From: Desulfurococcus amylolyticus Z-533
GTDB lineage: Archaea; Thermoproteota; Thermoprotei_A; Sulfolobales; Desulfurococcaceae
Assembly (NCBI RefSeq): GCF_000513855.1
Contig: NZ_KI911318.1
Coordinates: 899,327-931,326, forward strand
Length of the DNA: 32,000 nt
Direction: 5' to 3'
The notes below the pieces were generated by a model. It saw only the letters and a program-made list of their open reading frames with translations. It was not told the origin of the DNA and ran no database searches. Positions 9,564 through 18,723 of the stretch are shown here, one piece after another. A program made the position numbers and the translations under genes. The first letter of the stretch is position 1, and the number at the start of each line of letters is the position of its first letter.

Positions 9564-11234
9564 TCAACTTGCTCTATGGTACGAAGTAGGTTCCTCAATA
9601 ATGTTTAATACCGGGGCCCCAGCACCTTGGAGTGTTTCAAGCACCATGCGGATCCTTTTATTATCCATAGAGAGCTCTAGAGGGATTATAGAGCTAGCCA
9701 CGTAAATCTGGCTTGCCAGCACAATGCTAGCATAGAATTTAGAGTACAATCCATCTATGTTCAACGGCTTATTCCTGTGTCCCACGTATATACATATAAC
9801 CCTGTCCCTACAGACATTCAGGGTTACCCATGCATTATATGCTTTCTTATCCGCTGTTACCAGTATTATCCTTTCCTCGCTTAAACCCTGTTCCACCACA
9901 GCTATTGAGGCCTCGCAAGGCTGGCTCACAGCAGGCAGATGTACTCCCTTGTAATACTGTTTGATCTCATCTATAGCTCTATTGGCAAGCAAAGCCATTA
10001 TATAAGAGTACTTAGAGATTCCGGTTGTCTCGCTTGAAACCCCTGCCACTTTCCCGTTTATCTCGGCCTCAGCACAGACAGGTATATATATCCTGACACC
10101 ATCGATGGGGTTCCATGGCTTCCCGTTTTTAATACTAGCCTTCAACAGTGTCATATGTAGCCCCTGGTAGAACATATTGGTGTCGGGGAGTAGGGCTATG
10201 GGTCTTCTAAGCCTCCTATACATATCTACTAGGAGGCTGTGCATCTTCCAGCCATCATAGTCTCTGGCATTCTGCCCCTCGAGCTCCCTAGCTATTAGGT
10301 CAACTGCACCAGTATATCTCTGGAACTGCATTAGTATCCTCTCAATGGATGACTTATCAGCGTCCTTGTGGAGTTCATAGACTAGTTCCGACAGTATTTT
10401 CCAGTTACTCATCATCATATTGACTGAATCCTCATCGGGTCCCTCGATCAGTTTAAGCGATATAATCTTCTTTCTCTCTCCGTTCACAGAGTTCAAAGCG
10501 TTTACCACAAGCACTGGAGAGGACTCTGAGATATCCTCCCTGAATTCACCACTTATCTTCTCCATCAACCTGACATCTATTAACTTATTCATGATTCTGG
10601 AGATATCCTCGAATATACCGCGCGTTCCCTTCCACATTATTTTACCGGAAATAGTGGCTGAGAGCGTTTTATCCCCGGTTCCACCATGCTTGGTCTCTAA
10701 AGGATGAGACTCATCATCATAGACATACACCCTATGCATCCATCTAGGGCTACTAGGATATTGCGGGAGCCCCGGTAACGGTATAGTATCCACGTAGGTA
10801 TATATTATCGGGTGACTCCCTGTCTTACTAAAAACTCCTTGAAGCGTTACCGCGAATGGGCCGGTTGTGAGGGTTAAATCTATATATATTCTCCTGATTC
10901 TATCGCTAATATTATTTATAAAGTACTGAAGCCTTACGGCGTTATCGAATACGCTGTCATGCAATATGCTTTTCACATACATGTGATCCACGTATATATT
11001 TAGTTCACTGGTGAGGGCGGGTTCCTGGGAAAGCGATTGATACACGTCATCGACTAGTTCTTTCCTGGTTAAAATAATAAAGTCCAATATCCCTAGCTCC
11101 TCGCCGAGCCTATTAACTACACTGGCCACGTTCCAGGGATGAGTTAAGACAGGTATTATTGAAGCCTCCCCATTGTGAAAGCTCCTTGATCGCAGGAAAT
11201 CAAGTAGTTGATCAATATATCCCTCCTCACCCAT
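9564..11234 (-). CDS. Large uncharacterized protein with a C-terminal PIN-like nuclease domain and a possibly CARF-like N-terminal domain
   Basis: 556-aa ORF. The C-terminal third carries a PIN signature: IALLPDTNMFYQG (first Asp), PVCAEAEING (Glu) and ERIILVTADKKAYNAW (T-x-D). The N-terminus has SIIPVLTHPWNVASVVNRL and later RIYIDLTLTTGPFAVTL, which resemble the two CARF core motifs. Compare the csa3 in this window: FLSPLGFHEDILIRAL and LILLLGAGLRILSHML. Confidence 0.8.
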   Translation of the reverse strand: MGEEGYIDQLLDFLRSRSFHNGEASIIPVLTHPWNVASVVNRLGEELGILDFIILTRKELVDDVYQSLSQEPALTSELNIYVDHMYVKSILHDSVFDNAVRLQYFINNISDRIRRIYIDLTLTTGPFAVTLQGVFSKTGSHPIIYTYVDTIPLPGLPQYPSSPRWMHRVYVYDDESHPLETKHGGTGDKTLSATISGKIMWKGTRGIFEDISRIMNKLIDVRLMEKISGEFREDISESSPVLVVNALNSVNGERKKIISLKLIEGPDEDSVNMMMSNWKILSELVYELHKDADKSSIERILMQFQRYTGAVDLIARELEGQNARDYDGWKMHSLLVDMYRRLRRPIALLPDTNMFYQGLHMTLLKASIKNGKPWNPIDGVRIYIPVCAEAEINGKVAGVSSETTGISKYSYIMALLANRAIDEIKQYYKGVHLPAVSQPCEASIAVVEQGLSEERIILVTADKKAYNAWVTLNVCRDRVICIYVGHRNKPLNIDGLYSKFYASIVLASQIYVASSIIPLELSMDNKRIRMVLETLQGAGAPVLNIIEEPTSYHRAS

Positions 11235-11344
11235 GAAACAATCAACCCTCGGTTCAAACCATTAAAGATTATTATAGCTCACGGATTAAATACTTGGAGC
11301 AATATTCTATGACACAGTAAAGGATAACCGGGTGCACACATAGA

Positions 11345-12034
11345 ATGACCACTCTATGTGATAGAGTTAAAGCCTACATAGATAATGTCGAACAGGTGCT
11401 CCAACAAGCAACCGCTATCAGGGAGCTTGATCCAAGGCATCGATACATTATTGAGCTAGCCTGTAGCTATGCAAGCGATGCAAAGTACTATCTCGAAAAA
11501 AACGACTGCTTCACTAGTCTAGCCTGCATAGCATACGCGGAGGGTCTCCTTGACTCGCTGAGATATCAAAACATTATCTCATTCAACTGGAAGCCTCTCT
11601 CAGAACTATTGAAGAGGCCTAGGGTTCTCGTGGCAGGCAGCTTCGAGTTCCTCCACCCAGGTCATATTTACTTGCTTAAGAGGGCGTGGGAGCTTGGAGA
11701 AGTATATGTGGTTGTCTCAAGGAATAGAAACTTCACCAGGTTCAAGGGGAGAGAACCCATTATGGATGAAAAAGAGAGATTGCTGATCGTGGAAAACGTG
11801 AAATACGTGTCAAAAGCAATAATGGGTGATGAAGAGGACTTCTTAAAACCAATTGTAGAGTTGAAGCCGGATATTGTGCTTCTAGGGCCGGATCAATGGA
11901 TCCAGCCAGACGAATTGAAGAGCCTCCTCGAGAAAAAGGGGCTAAGTAACGTGAGGGTTGAGAAGCTGGAGTCAAGGATAGGCGAGTGGAGCTCTAGCAG
12001 GATTATCGAGAGGATAAAAAACAAGTATTGTTAA
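11345..12034 (+). CDS. ribL: DUF357-like N-terminal domain fused to an archaeal FAD synthase / cytidylyltransferase-like domain (RibL-like)
   Basis: The C-terminal roughly 140 aa contain VLVAGSFEFLHPGH (HxGH nucleotidyltransferase motif) and LKPDIVLLGPDQ, matching archaeal RibL. The N-terminal roughly 90 aa (ACSYASDAKYYLEKNDCFTSLACIAYAEGLLDSL) resemble DUF357. Confidence 0.75.
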   Translation: MTTLCDRVKAYIDNVEQVLQQATAIRELDPRHRYIIELACSYASDAKYYLEKNDCFTSLACIAYAEGLLDSLRYQNIISFNWKPLSELLKRPRVLVAGSFEFLHPGHIYLLKRAWELGEVYVVVSRNRNFTRFKGREPIMDEKERLLIVENVKYVSKAIMGDEEDFLKPIVELKPDIVLLGPDQWIQPDELKSLLEKKGLSNVRVEKLESRIGEWSSSRIIERIKNKYC

Positions 12035-12759
12035 CCATTCAGAAGGCTTTCAAGGTTCCTAATTCTTTCCTCCCTCTCAGCTGACTCTGCAATAGCGTAT
12101 TTACGAGCTAGTTCAGCTAATTCAACTATGTTAACTGATGGATTATACCCTATGTACTCATAATTCATCAGGGCCCTCGCGGTCTTAGCCACGATATATC
12201 CCACGTTATAGGAGTCTCTTAGGGCCTGCTCATCCCTGGTGACGTCATCTAGGTGGCTGTACGCCATACTCCATGGGATAATGTGCACACCCATACTACT
12301 CATTACTATGGCTAGATATGATATAGCCATCATTACTCCGCTGTCGAGACCTGTGGCAATGAACCCTGCGACCTTACCCTCCAACAGGCTTCTACCCTTG
12401 TGGAATATCATGTGCTCCATACTTGTCAACCTATCAATAAAGTTTTTTAGGACGCCGCTTGGGGCATACCAATATACTGGTGTAGATATTATGAATCCAT
12501 GGGAGTTCAGGAGCTTCTCTGCCAGCGAGTTGAAGTCGTCATCCTTAATTACACAGGGAAACCTACAGTATTTATTACCATCCGACACGCACCCTATGCA
12601 GGGCTTTATCTTGTAGTCGTATAGGCTGATTATCTCTGGTATACCTCCAGCATCTATCACTCCTTTCGAAGCCACCACGGATAACTGCATTGAAGACCCA
12701 TATTTACGCGGCGAAGCATTAATTATTAAAACTCGTGGCTTATCCTCCATGTAAACCAC
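12031..12759 (-). CDS. Iron-sulfur flavoprotein / NADPH-dependent FMN reductase family protein
   Basis: Has a flavodoxin-like N-terminus VLIINASPRKYGSS, the Cys cluster CIGCVSDGNKYCRFPC, and TPVYWYAPSGVLKNFIDRL. Confidence 0.8.
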   Translation of the reverse strand: MVYMEDKPRVLIINASPRKYGSSMQLSVVASKGVIDAGGIPEIISLYDYKIKPCIGCVSDGNKYCRFPCVIKDDDFNSLAEKLLNSHGFIISTPVYWYAPSGVLKNFIDRLTSMEHMIFHKGRSLLEGKVAGFIATGLDSGVMMAISYLAIVMSSMGVHIIPWSMAYSHLDDVTRDEQALRDSYNVGYIVAKTARALMNYEYIGYNPSVNIVELAELARKYAIAESAEREERIRNLESLLNG

Positions 12760-12850
12760 CTGGTTAGATCACACCATAGAGTAATGTTTAATACTTCGAA
12801 CAATTATTAAAAATAAATTCCATGACAATTATTGAGACATGGCGTAAAAG

Positions 12851-13357
12851 ATGCGGAGAGAATACCCGGGTTTCGCTATAGGGGCTGTAGGAGCAGTCTT
12901 AATCAGGGATAACAGGATACTCCTGGTTAAAAGAGGTAGCCCGCCTGCTAGAGGTAAATGGAGCCTGCCAGGTGGGATTGTAGAGCCCGGTGAGAAAATA
13001 AGTGATGCCGCTAGAAGAGAGCTGAAGGAGGAAACAGGGCTTGATGCTGAGCCCGTTGGAGTAATCTGGATTTTAAACAATATTGTGCTAGACAACTCGA
13101 GAAGAGTGAAATACCATTATATCATAGTGGATGTATTATTCAATCCTGAAAGCGTCAAGAGTGAGGCTAGGCCTGGCAGTGATGCCGTAGACGTTAAATG
13201 GTTTAGCCTCGAGGAAGCATTGGAGAGCGGGGAGGTGTCCAGGACTGTGTCAAGACTTGTGGGATATATAGTGAAGAAAGGGTTGAACTACATACCCATA
13301 GAGGGCATTGATAACATAGTCGTGGAGATCGGGGATAACATTTATCAGTCCATCTAA
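12851..13357 (+). CDS. NUDIX hydrolase
   Basis: Complete Nudix box GGIVEPGEKISDAARRELKEETGL. Confidence 0.9.
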   Translation: MRREYPGFAIGAVGAVLIRDNRILLVKRGSPPARGKWSLPGGIVEPGEKISDAARRELKEETGLDAEPVGVIWILNNIVLDNSRRVKYHYIIVDVLFNPESVKSEARPGSDAVDVKWFSLEEALESGEVSRTVSRLVGYIVKKGLNYIPIEGIDNIVVEIGDNIYQSI

Positions 13358-13429
13358 CCGGGAAGATGTATTGAACGTTCACGAACTCTTAAATAGGTTC
13401 AATAAAATACCCGTGTAACGGTGATGTAA

Positions 13430-14131
13430 TTGAAGACCAGGCTTATAGTTGAAACAGTGGTCTTCACCGTACTCGTTTACGCTGCAACAATAGTGCTTCA
13501 AATATACCAGCCTGCCACAGGCGGGTACTTCAACCTGGGCGAATCCATGATATATGTAGCGGCCCTCGCATCGGGACCCATAGTTGCCGGGATAGCTGGG
13601 GGAGTAGGTGCCGCATTAGCTGATCTAACCACTGGCTACCAGATTTTCGCGCCGGGCACACTGATGATAAAGCTGTTGGAGGGGCTGGTAGCAGGGTATC
13701 TTGCCAGATTACTCAGGTCGAGACACCAGAAAATCATTGGTGGGTTACTGGGCGCAGTGTACGCCTCCGTGTTCACAGGGTTCGCGTTAGTGAAGTACTC
13801 GGGCATCGTGCAGGTCGGCCTAACAGGCTTCGAGGTAAATATACCATGGTATATCTGGCTACTCATAGGCATGCTCCTGGGTTTCACGTTAATCTACTCA
13901 TTATTAATGAAGTATAGTAGTATGGGTGAAGCACTGGCCCTATTAACTGGAGGCATGATAATGGTCACGGGCTACTTCATATACGAATACTTTATCTCGA
14001 ACCCCTACACGGGTAGGCCACCTATAGACGCCGTTATTGAGATACCTGTGAATATAGGGCAGGCTATTACAGGTATAGTGGTGGCACTGCCGGTTGTCTC
14101 ATGGCTTAGAAGAGCCGGGTATTTAAAGTAA
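13430..14131 (+). CDS. ECF transporter substrate-capture (S) component
   Basis: Small polytopic membrane protein with GGYFNLGESMIYVAA...ALADLTTGYQIFAPGTLMIKLLEG, typical of ECF S components. It lies directly upstream of ECF ATPase and T genes. The track start is TTG. Confidence 0.7.
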   Translation: MKTRLIVETVVFTVLVYAATIVLQIYQPATGGYFNLGESMIYVAALASGPIVAGIAGGVGAALADLTTGYQIFAPGTLMIKLLEGLVAGYLARLLRSRHQKIIGGLLGAVYASVFTGFALVKYSGIVQVGLTGFEVNIPWYIWLLIGMLLGFTLIYSLLMKYSSMGEALALLTGGMIMVTGYFIYEYFISNPYTGRPPIDAVIEIPVNIGQAITGIVVALPVVSWLRRAGYLK

Positions 14132-14187
14132 GGTATTAATTAACACCTCGCCTAATTAACGCTTCCTAAATATCGAGTGAGCTGGAA

Positions 14188-15468
14188 ATGATTGAGGCAC
14201 ATATAGAGATAGCCGGCTATATAGATGGATTCATCATTAGGGGAATAGATATCAATGTCTCCAATGGGGAAGTATTAGTTGTAACCGGGCCATCGGGAAG
14301 CGGGAAGACAACGCTAGCAAAAGCATTGACTGGGTTACTGGGTAGAAGCGGCGGCTTATTCAAGGGCTCAATACTAATTAATGGTTACCCACTTCTAGAG
14401 ATACCGTTTGAGAAAATATATGAGCTGGTGACATACATACCACAGGAACCCTGGTACGCGCTAGTAGGTTACACTGTGTATGCAGAACACTGCTTTATAC
14501 TCTCTCAGCTTGGATTAAAGTGTAACAGTGTATTCCTTGAAAAACTCGGGCTTGCAGGTAAGATTGATTCATTAACGATAAATCTAAGCGCTGGTGAAAC
14601 TCAGAGGCTTCTATGGGCTGAGGCCCTAGCTAAGAAATCCAGTGTATTGATCCTGGATGAACCACTAGTATACCTGGATAGAGAGGCTAGGAGAATAGTG
14701 GCAGATGTGGTTAGGGATGCAAGGGATAATGGAGCCTCCATAATCATTATAGACCATGATCCATTATTCTGGAGGGAATTAGCGGGAAAGCTGCTGGTTT
14801 TAGAGAATGGGGTTACTAAATATTATGGTGAATGGGATACCGCGGTGCTCCAGCAATCCTATCAGCCAAGTAAAACTATGAGAGTTGTTAACGATGAGGT
14901 AGCCGTGGACATAGAAAACATCTGGTTTAAGTACCCTGGTGAAAAACCATTATTCAGAGGCTTATCACTCCAGGTTAAGAAGTCATTGATCACTGGTTTA
15001 ACCGGGAGGAATGGCGCCGGAAAATCAACGCTCCTAAAACTCATAGCCGGGATACTGAAACCTACCAAAGGATTTATTAATAGACTCGGTACCCCAGTAT
15101 ACATACCTGAAAACCCCCTACTATATTTCACCAAGCCTACTCCACGTGAGGAGCTGCTCTACATGGCTAATGGTAGAGAAGAGAAGGTATTTGAAACCGC
15201 TGAGATATTCGATATCTCTAGGATACTAGACACCCCACTGGCAAGACTTAGCTCAGGGGAGAGGAGGAGGCTGGCACTGGCTTCAGCGTATCTAGGAGGT
15301 TTCGATATATACTTGATTGACGAGCCAACTGGAGGACTTGACCAAGCCAATGCATCAAGGGTGCTTGAGGTACTATTAGAGCTAGTCAACGAGGGGAGAA
15401 CAGTTGTAGTAGCTACACATGATGAGAGGGTAATCAAGCTCCTTGACTATGAGTTTAGAGTGGGTTGA
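14188..15468 (+). CDS. ECF/ABC transporter ATPase with two fused nucleotide-binding domains (EcfA-EcfA')
   Basis: Two full NBDs. Walker A motifs are GPSGSGKTT and GRNGAGKST. Signature motifs are LSAGETQRL and LSSGERRRL. Walker B motifs are LILDEP and YLIDEP. Confidence 0.9.
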   Translation: MIEAHIEIAGYIDGFIIRGIDINVSNGEVLVVTGPSGSGKTTLAKALTGLLGRSGGLFKGSILINGYPLLEIPFEKIYELVTYIPQEPWYALVGYTVYAEHCFILSQLGLKCNSVFLEKLGLAGKIDSLTINLSAGETQRLLWAEALAKKSSVLILDEPLVYLDREARRIVADVVRDARDNGASIIIIDHDPLFWRELAGKLLVLENGVTKYYGEWDTAVLQQSYQPSKTMRVVNDEVAVDIENIWFKYPGEKPLFRGLSLQVKKSLITGLTGRNGAGKSTLLKLIAGILKPTKGFINRLGTPVYIPENPLLYFTKPTPREELLYMANGREEKVFETAEIFDISRILDTPLARLSSGERRRLALASAYLGGFDIYLIDEPTGGLDQANASRVLEVLLELVNEGRTVVVATHDERVIKLLDYEFRVG

Positions 15469-16177
15469 GACTATGGGGTTTATTAGCTGGCTTGTCTCTA
15501 TTGTTTATAAAATACTCTTTCTTAAGGGTGATACAGGATTTAGGCAAGCCCACTGGGTCGTCAAGATGCTTCACTTATCTTTGACCGTGTTTATATTATT
15601 GGAGAACAATCTAAGATCATTAACCGGAATGGCTGTGCTCTCATTAATCCTGGGACTCATATCGCCGGGATATGAATGGACTATATCTATCCTAGCTCTT
15701 TCATCAGTAATCTCACTGTATATGTCTCTTACAGCCCTGATAGCATCAATCATAGGGTTCGCCCCAGTAGATGCTTCACTGATACCATTAATCGCTGTTA
15801 AAACACTTGCCCTCTCTGTGATAGTGGCTTTTGCATTCATGATTGTCTCACCACTGGAAATCTCATCACTACTTATCAAGCTTGGTGCGAGAAGAGTCGG
15901 TAATATACCATTATTGATCTGGAGGCTTATGCCTTACGGGCTCAAATCATTTACTGAAAGCCTAGCTATAGGATACGTTAAAAAAGAGAAAACATTGAAT
16001 AGGATACCACCAGCTGTAGCAAGCCTGCTTGAAATAGGGGGCTTTATCGAGGAGTACTGCTTCTACAAGCTTAACACTCCTGCAAAATATCCTGTACTCC
16101 CCGTTTACTCGTTTAAGTATAGTATTATATTAGCGGTGAATGATATTATCTACTTCTTACTGTTCCTACACATTTAA
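15443..16177 (+). CDS. ECF transporter transmembrane (T) component, CbiQ/EcfT family
   Basis: Hydrophobic 244-aa protein following the ATPase. The track start is a TTG overlapping the ATPase by 26 nt. The ATG at 15448 or 15473 (MGFISW...) is a more likely start. Confidence 0.65.
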   Translation: MTMSLEWVETMGFISWLVSIVYKILFLKGDTGFRQAHWVVKMLHLSLTVFILLENNLRSLTGMAVLSLILGLISPGYEWTISILALSSVISLYMSLTALIASIIGFAPVDASLIPLIAVKTLALSVIVAFAFMIVSPLEISSLLIKLGARRVGNIPLLIWRLMPYGLKSFTESLAIGYVKKEKTLNRIPPAVASLLEIGGFIEEYCFYKLNTPAKYPVLPVYSFKYSIILAVNDIIYFLLFLHI

Positions 16178-16329
16178 CATCTTCATTTCTTAAAAACACT
16201 GCAAGTAAATGATGCATCATAATTACCTCTGAAAAAGTACTCAGCACCTGTAGTCTCTTCACAGCCGCACGGCTCTTTATTCGGGACCCTCATCACTACC
16301 TATATCAATGCTTTAGGGAGCTAAATTAC

Positions 16330-18618
16330 TTAAACCAATGGCTTTCCCCCACGCAACTCAAGGGGGTGTGCTACTGCTTGAGCCTTGCCTTCTCTAATTT
16401 TACTGAGTACGTATATTGCCTTCCTCCGTGAGAGTACCTGGTTGTTATTACCACAGTATGGACTATAGATACATCTTGGGCATCCATCATAGCAGTCGCA
16501 CTTGCCCATGATTTCTAATGCTACATCCTCTGTCTCTTCCAGTCTCTTATAGAGTAGCTTAGATAAGCCACTGCCACCTATAGCTGAGTCATATATTACT
16601 ATATCGCCACTAGGATAGCTTATACCGCCTAAATCTGTTAAACCGGAGCCGCATGTCACTCTCGCCGCTGAAATTAATGCATGCTCTATTGCGTGAAATG
16701 CTTCTGCACAACCCTTTATCCCTAGCTCCTCATATGCAGGGTATTTTAATAGAAGCGCCCTGGTTGAATACTGATATTTAATGGGTTTTTCAAGATCCAT
16801 TGTGAATCTTGTTTCACCAGTATACATGTCTTTGACGACTACCCCGTTCACGCTTAGCTCTAATACTACTTTGGCATAAGACGCCATTATTCCTCTGCTA
16901 CTCTTTCTCTCCATTAATACATCGTAGTTAACGACGTCAACAGTATATAATGGCCTGGTATATACCGTTATATTTTCCCCCGGTGTCTTAACAAGTGCTT
17001 TCTTTTCCACTAGGTTCAACGACTCAACAATATATGGTTCCCCCATGTACAGGTAGATGGCGCCGGGATATAATTCCAGGAGTGCCACAGGTAACTCCCT
17101 CGTGGCCAACGTATCTCCACTACTAGAATCAACTATCTCCACAATAGGGCCCATCCCTCTTAAACCACCCTGTGTACTTAGGAGCCTCCTAGCAGAGACA
17201 GGTATAGGTCTTATATACTCTCCAGTCTTCTTCACGATCCCCTCAGCCACTAACTCATCTATAATATTTCTCCATTCACCAGGTATGCTATCGATCCTGG
17301 CTCTCCATGATTGGAGAAGATATGCTACTAGATGCGTCTTAGCTACTTCCTCATTCGAGGGCTCTATAACGGACGGTGGAATTGACTGCGTGAAAAACCG
17401 TTCCGGGGATCTAGCATAGTATACATCTATCGGGTCGTCCCCTAGCACTGTGAAAACATAGCCTTTCCTTCGTCTACCAGCTCTACCAGCTCTCTGTAGG
17501 TACTTCGAGTATGAGGGGGGAGGCATAGCCATTACAGTAGCATCCAATGCTCCTATATCTATACCAAGCTCTAATGTAGAAGTTGCTACAACTCCATCTA
17601 TTAAGCCATTTCTCAGTTTTACTTCGATATCCCTTCTTACATCAGCAGGTAGGCCGGCACGGTGAACCATAATGTTTACGTTATACCTGGTCTTAAGAAT
17701 CCTTGTGAGCAACTCAGCTAGTTGCTGGCTATCAACGAAAACAATGTATTTTAAACCCCTCCTAGACAGGATGTAGCATAGATAAGCTACGACGCTCCAC
17801 CTGCTTAAATAGCCTGATGAAACCAGTACATGTGTAACCATGCCCTTTCTGAACGCCTCACCCCTCACCTCAACGACTTCCTCACCAAATAATTCCTCAG
17901 CGAACTCCTTTGGGTTACCAATTGTTGCAGATGAACCTATGAATACTGGTTTCTCCCTGCTGGTTCTCTTTATTCTCTCAACAAGATGATGTATGTGGCT
18001 GCCTAGAACTCCCTCGTAGACATGTAATTCATCGAAAACCATGAACTCACTGTTCTCCACGAAGCCCCTAATATATGAGCTATACACTAACCCTATATGT
18101 AGCATATCCGGATTCGATATTATGAGTGAGGGTGGATTCAATCCTATTTTCTCTCTTTGCCTCCTGGGTGTATCTCCATCATATATGCTGAAGCCTATTA
18201 TTGGGTACACAGTGTAATCAGTAAACCTATTAAGCTGATCCCTTGCAAGGGCCTTCGTTGGATATAGTATCATAGCTCTTGGATTACTCTTCCTCACATA
18301 ATATATCTCCCTCAAGATAGGGAGCAGAAATGCTTCAGTTTTCCCGGTACCTGTACCAGCTGATATCACAGTGTTTTCCCTGTTTAGAATGTGACGATAT
18401 GCCTCATACTGGAATTTATATAGTCTCCTAATTCCTCTACGGTGAAGAATCCTGGCTACTTCGCCGGGTAGATCTAATTCCTCTATACTTGGACCAGGCT
18501 CTGGTTCACGTGTCTCCTCCACTCTCTCATATATAACAGCTACCCCGCTCTCAGGATACCTGGATCTAAGCTCCTCATCCACCTCGTTAACCAGAGGATC
18601 CCTGAACACCAGGCCCAT
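16330..18618 (-). CDS. DEAD/DEAH-box helicase with a C-terminal DUF1998 (MZB, four-Cys) domain, YprA/MrfA-like
   Basis: Helicase motif I AGTGTGKT, motif II DELH, motif III SAT and motif VI QRAGRAGRR. The C-terminal segment is KCDCYDGCPRCIYSPYCGNNNQ. Confidence 0.88.
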   Translation of the reverse strand: MGLVFRDPLVNEVDEELRSRYPESGVAVIYERVEETREPEPGPSIEELDLPGEVARILHRRGIRRLYKFQYEAYRHILNRENTVISAGTGTGKTEAFLLPILREIYYVRKSNPRAMILYPTKALARDQLNRFTDYTVYPIIGFSIYDGDTPRRQREKIGLNPPSLIISNPDMLHIGLVYSSYIRGFVENSEFMVFDELHVYEGVLGSHIHHLVERIKRTSREKPVFIGSSATIGNPKEFAEELFGEEVVEVRGEAFRKGMVTHVLVSSGYLSRWSVVAYLCYILSRRGLKYIVFVDSQQLAELLTRILKTRYNVNIMVHRAGLPADVRRDIEVKLRNGLIDGVVATSTLELGIDIGALDATVMAMPPPSYSKYLQRAGRAGRRRKGYVFTVLGDDPIDVYYARSPERFFTQSIPPSVIEPSNEEVAKTHLVAYLLQSWRARIDSIPGEWRNIIDELVAEGIVKKTGEYIRPIPVSARRLLSTQGGLRGMGPIVEIVDSSSGDTLATRELPVALLELYPGAIYLYMGEPYIVESLNLVEKKALVKTPGENITVYTRPLYTVDVVNYDVLMERKSSRGIMASYAKVVLELSVNGVVVKDMYTGETRFTMDLEKPIKYQYSTRALLLKYPAYEELGIKGCAEAFHAIEHALISAARVTCGSGLTDLGGISYPSGDIVIYDSAIGGSGLSKLLYKRLEETEDVALEIMGKCDCYDGCPRCIYSPYCGNNNQVLSRRKAIYVLSKIREGKAQAVAHPLELRGGKPLV

Positions 18619-18723
18619 CCCCGTTACAAGTCAATGAATCTCTAGTTGCAGCCTCCAGTTCCCGGGAACGAAATATATATTTGTTAACAGAGACAATTAT
18701 TTTTAATTAGCCTCCCAATAAAG

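Noticed and set aside
16205-16240. A C/D-box sRNA-like motif: ATGATGC followed about 15 nt later by CTGA.
   Set aside because: The C box is imperfect, and I found no C' box, terminal D box or terminal stem at the expected spacing of 50-60 nt overall.
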